DNA of 14,909 bases from Candidatus Methylomirabilia bacterium (lineage in GTDB: Bacteria; Methylomirabilota; Methylomirabilia; Rokubacteriales; CSP1-6), in the NCBI GenBank assembly GCA_041496385.1, contig JBGQEL010000107.1:1-14909 (forward strand), in the 5' to 3' direction. Shown piece after piece: positions 14,555 through 14,909 of this stretch (position 1 is its first letter; the number at the start of each line of letters is the position of its first letter). A program made the translations under genes and the position numbers. A model generated the notes under the pieces. The model was not told where the DNA came from. It was given only the letters and a program-made list of their open reading frames with translations, and ran no database searches.

Positions 14555-14909
14555 GCGAGATCGGCGTGCCACCGACGGCGTTCAAGGAAGGCTCGATCGA
14601 GGTGGACGGCGGTCGCCTCCGGTACATGGAGGCCGGCCGCGGTGATCCCCTGGTGCACCTCCAGGAGCCGGGCGTGTTGCGCCCGACGGCCGCGCACGAG
14701 CTCCTGGCCCGTCGCTTCCACGTGGTGAACCTCGAGCTGCCGGAGTCCGACTCCTCGCCCGAGACCCTCGCCCGGGCGGTCGCGAGTCTCGGCCTCGACA
14801 CCTTCAACCTCATGGCCACGTCGTCCGGCGCCGCGACGGCCCTCCGGTTCGTGCTCCAGAACCCGCAGCGCGTGCTCGCCCTGGTGCTGGAATCCCCCAC
14901 GGATCTCGA
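14551..14909 (+). CDS. Alpha/beta hydrolase-fold protein, divergent (partial, runs off the window)
   Basis: Not in the ORF track. Own translation from GTG 14551 (GTGA overlap): MSEIGVPPTAFKEGSIEVDGGRLRYMEAGRGDPLVHLQEPG...LGLDTFNLMATSSGAATALRFVLQNPQRVLALVLESP, open to the window end. Confidence 0.85.
   Translation, partial: MSEIGVPPTAFKEGSIEVDGGRLRYMEAGRGDPLVHLQEPGVLRPTAAHELLARRFHVVNLELPESDSSPETLARAVASLGLDTFNLMATSSGAATALRFVLQNPQRVLALVLESPTDL

Noticed and set aside
5058..14909. Whole region as a natural-product biosynthetic or anti-phage defence cluster
   Set aside because: There is no scaffold-forming enzyme, precursor peptide with a maturase, nuclease or NTPase. The content fits a patchwork of catabolic and transport modules.

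Overview
GC-rich bacterial window made up of accessory catabolic and transport genes. I see no rRNA, tRNA, CRISPR array, transposase or integrase. In order: 5' end of an MFS-like gene (-), clan AA aspartyl protease (-), then a divergent operon of TauD-family dioxygenase, DppB/DppC-type permeases and a family-5 solute-binding protein, with no ATPase and ending in a dienelactone-hydrolase remnant (+). A ~145-bp nested-hairpin inverted-repeat element follows. On the minus strand lie an LLM flavin monooxygenase, alpha/beta hydrolase, aldo/keto reductase and Tat-signal amidohydrolase. Next come an MmcQ/YjbR remnant (+), a putative outer-membrane beta-barrel and an MFS transporter (-) divergent from an AdaA-type regulator (+), an atypical SDR, and a CMD-LLM-alpha/beta hydrolase operon (+, runs off the end). 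The gene content resembles Candidatus Rokubacteria or similar soil lineages, but that is an impression only. The most notable observations are: several deletion scars or remnants between intact genes, two tiny ORFs coupled by stop/start overlaps, the palindromic element, the LLM plus hydrolase pair occurring twice, several apparently leaderless promoters, and an Ada regulator next to transport genes rather than repair genes. I did not find a clearly novel multi-gene system. All product calls come from motif recognition, not database searches.
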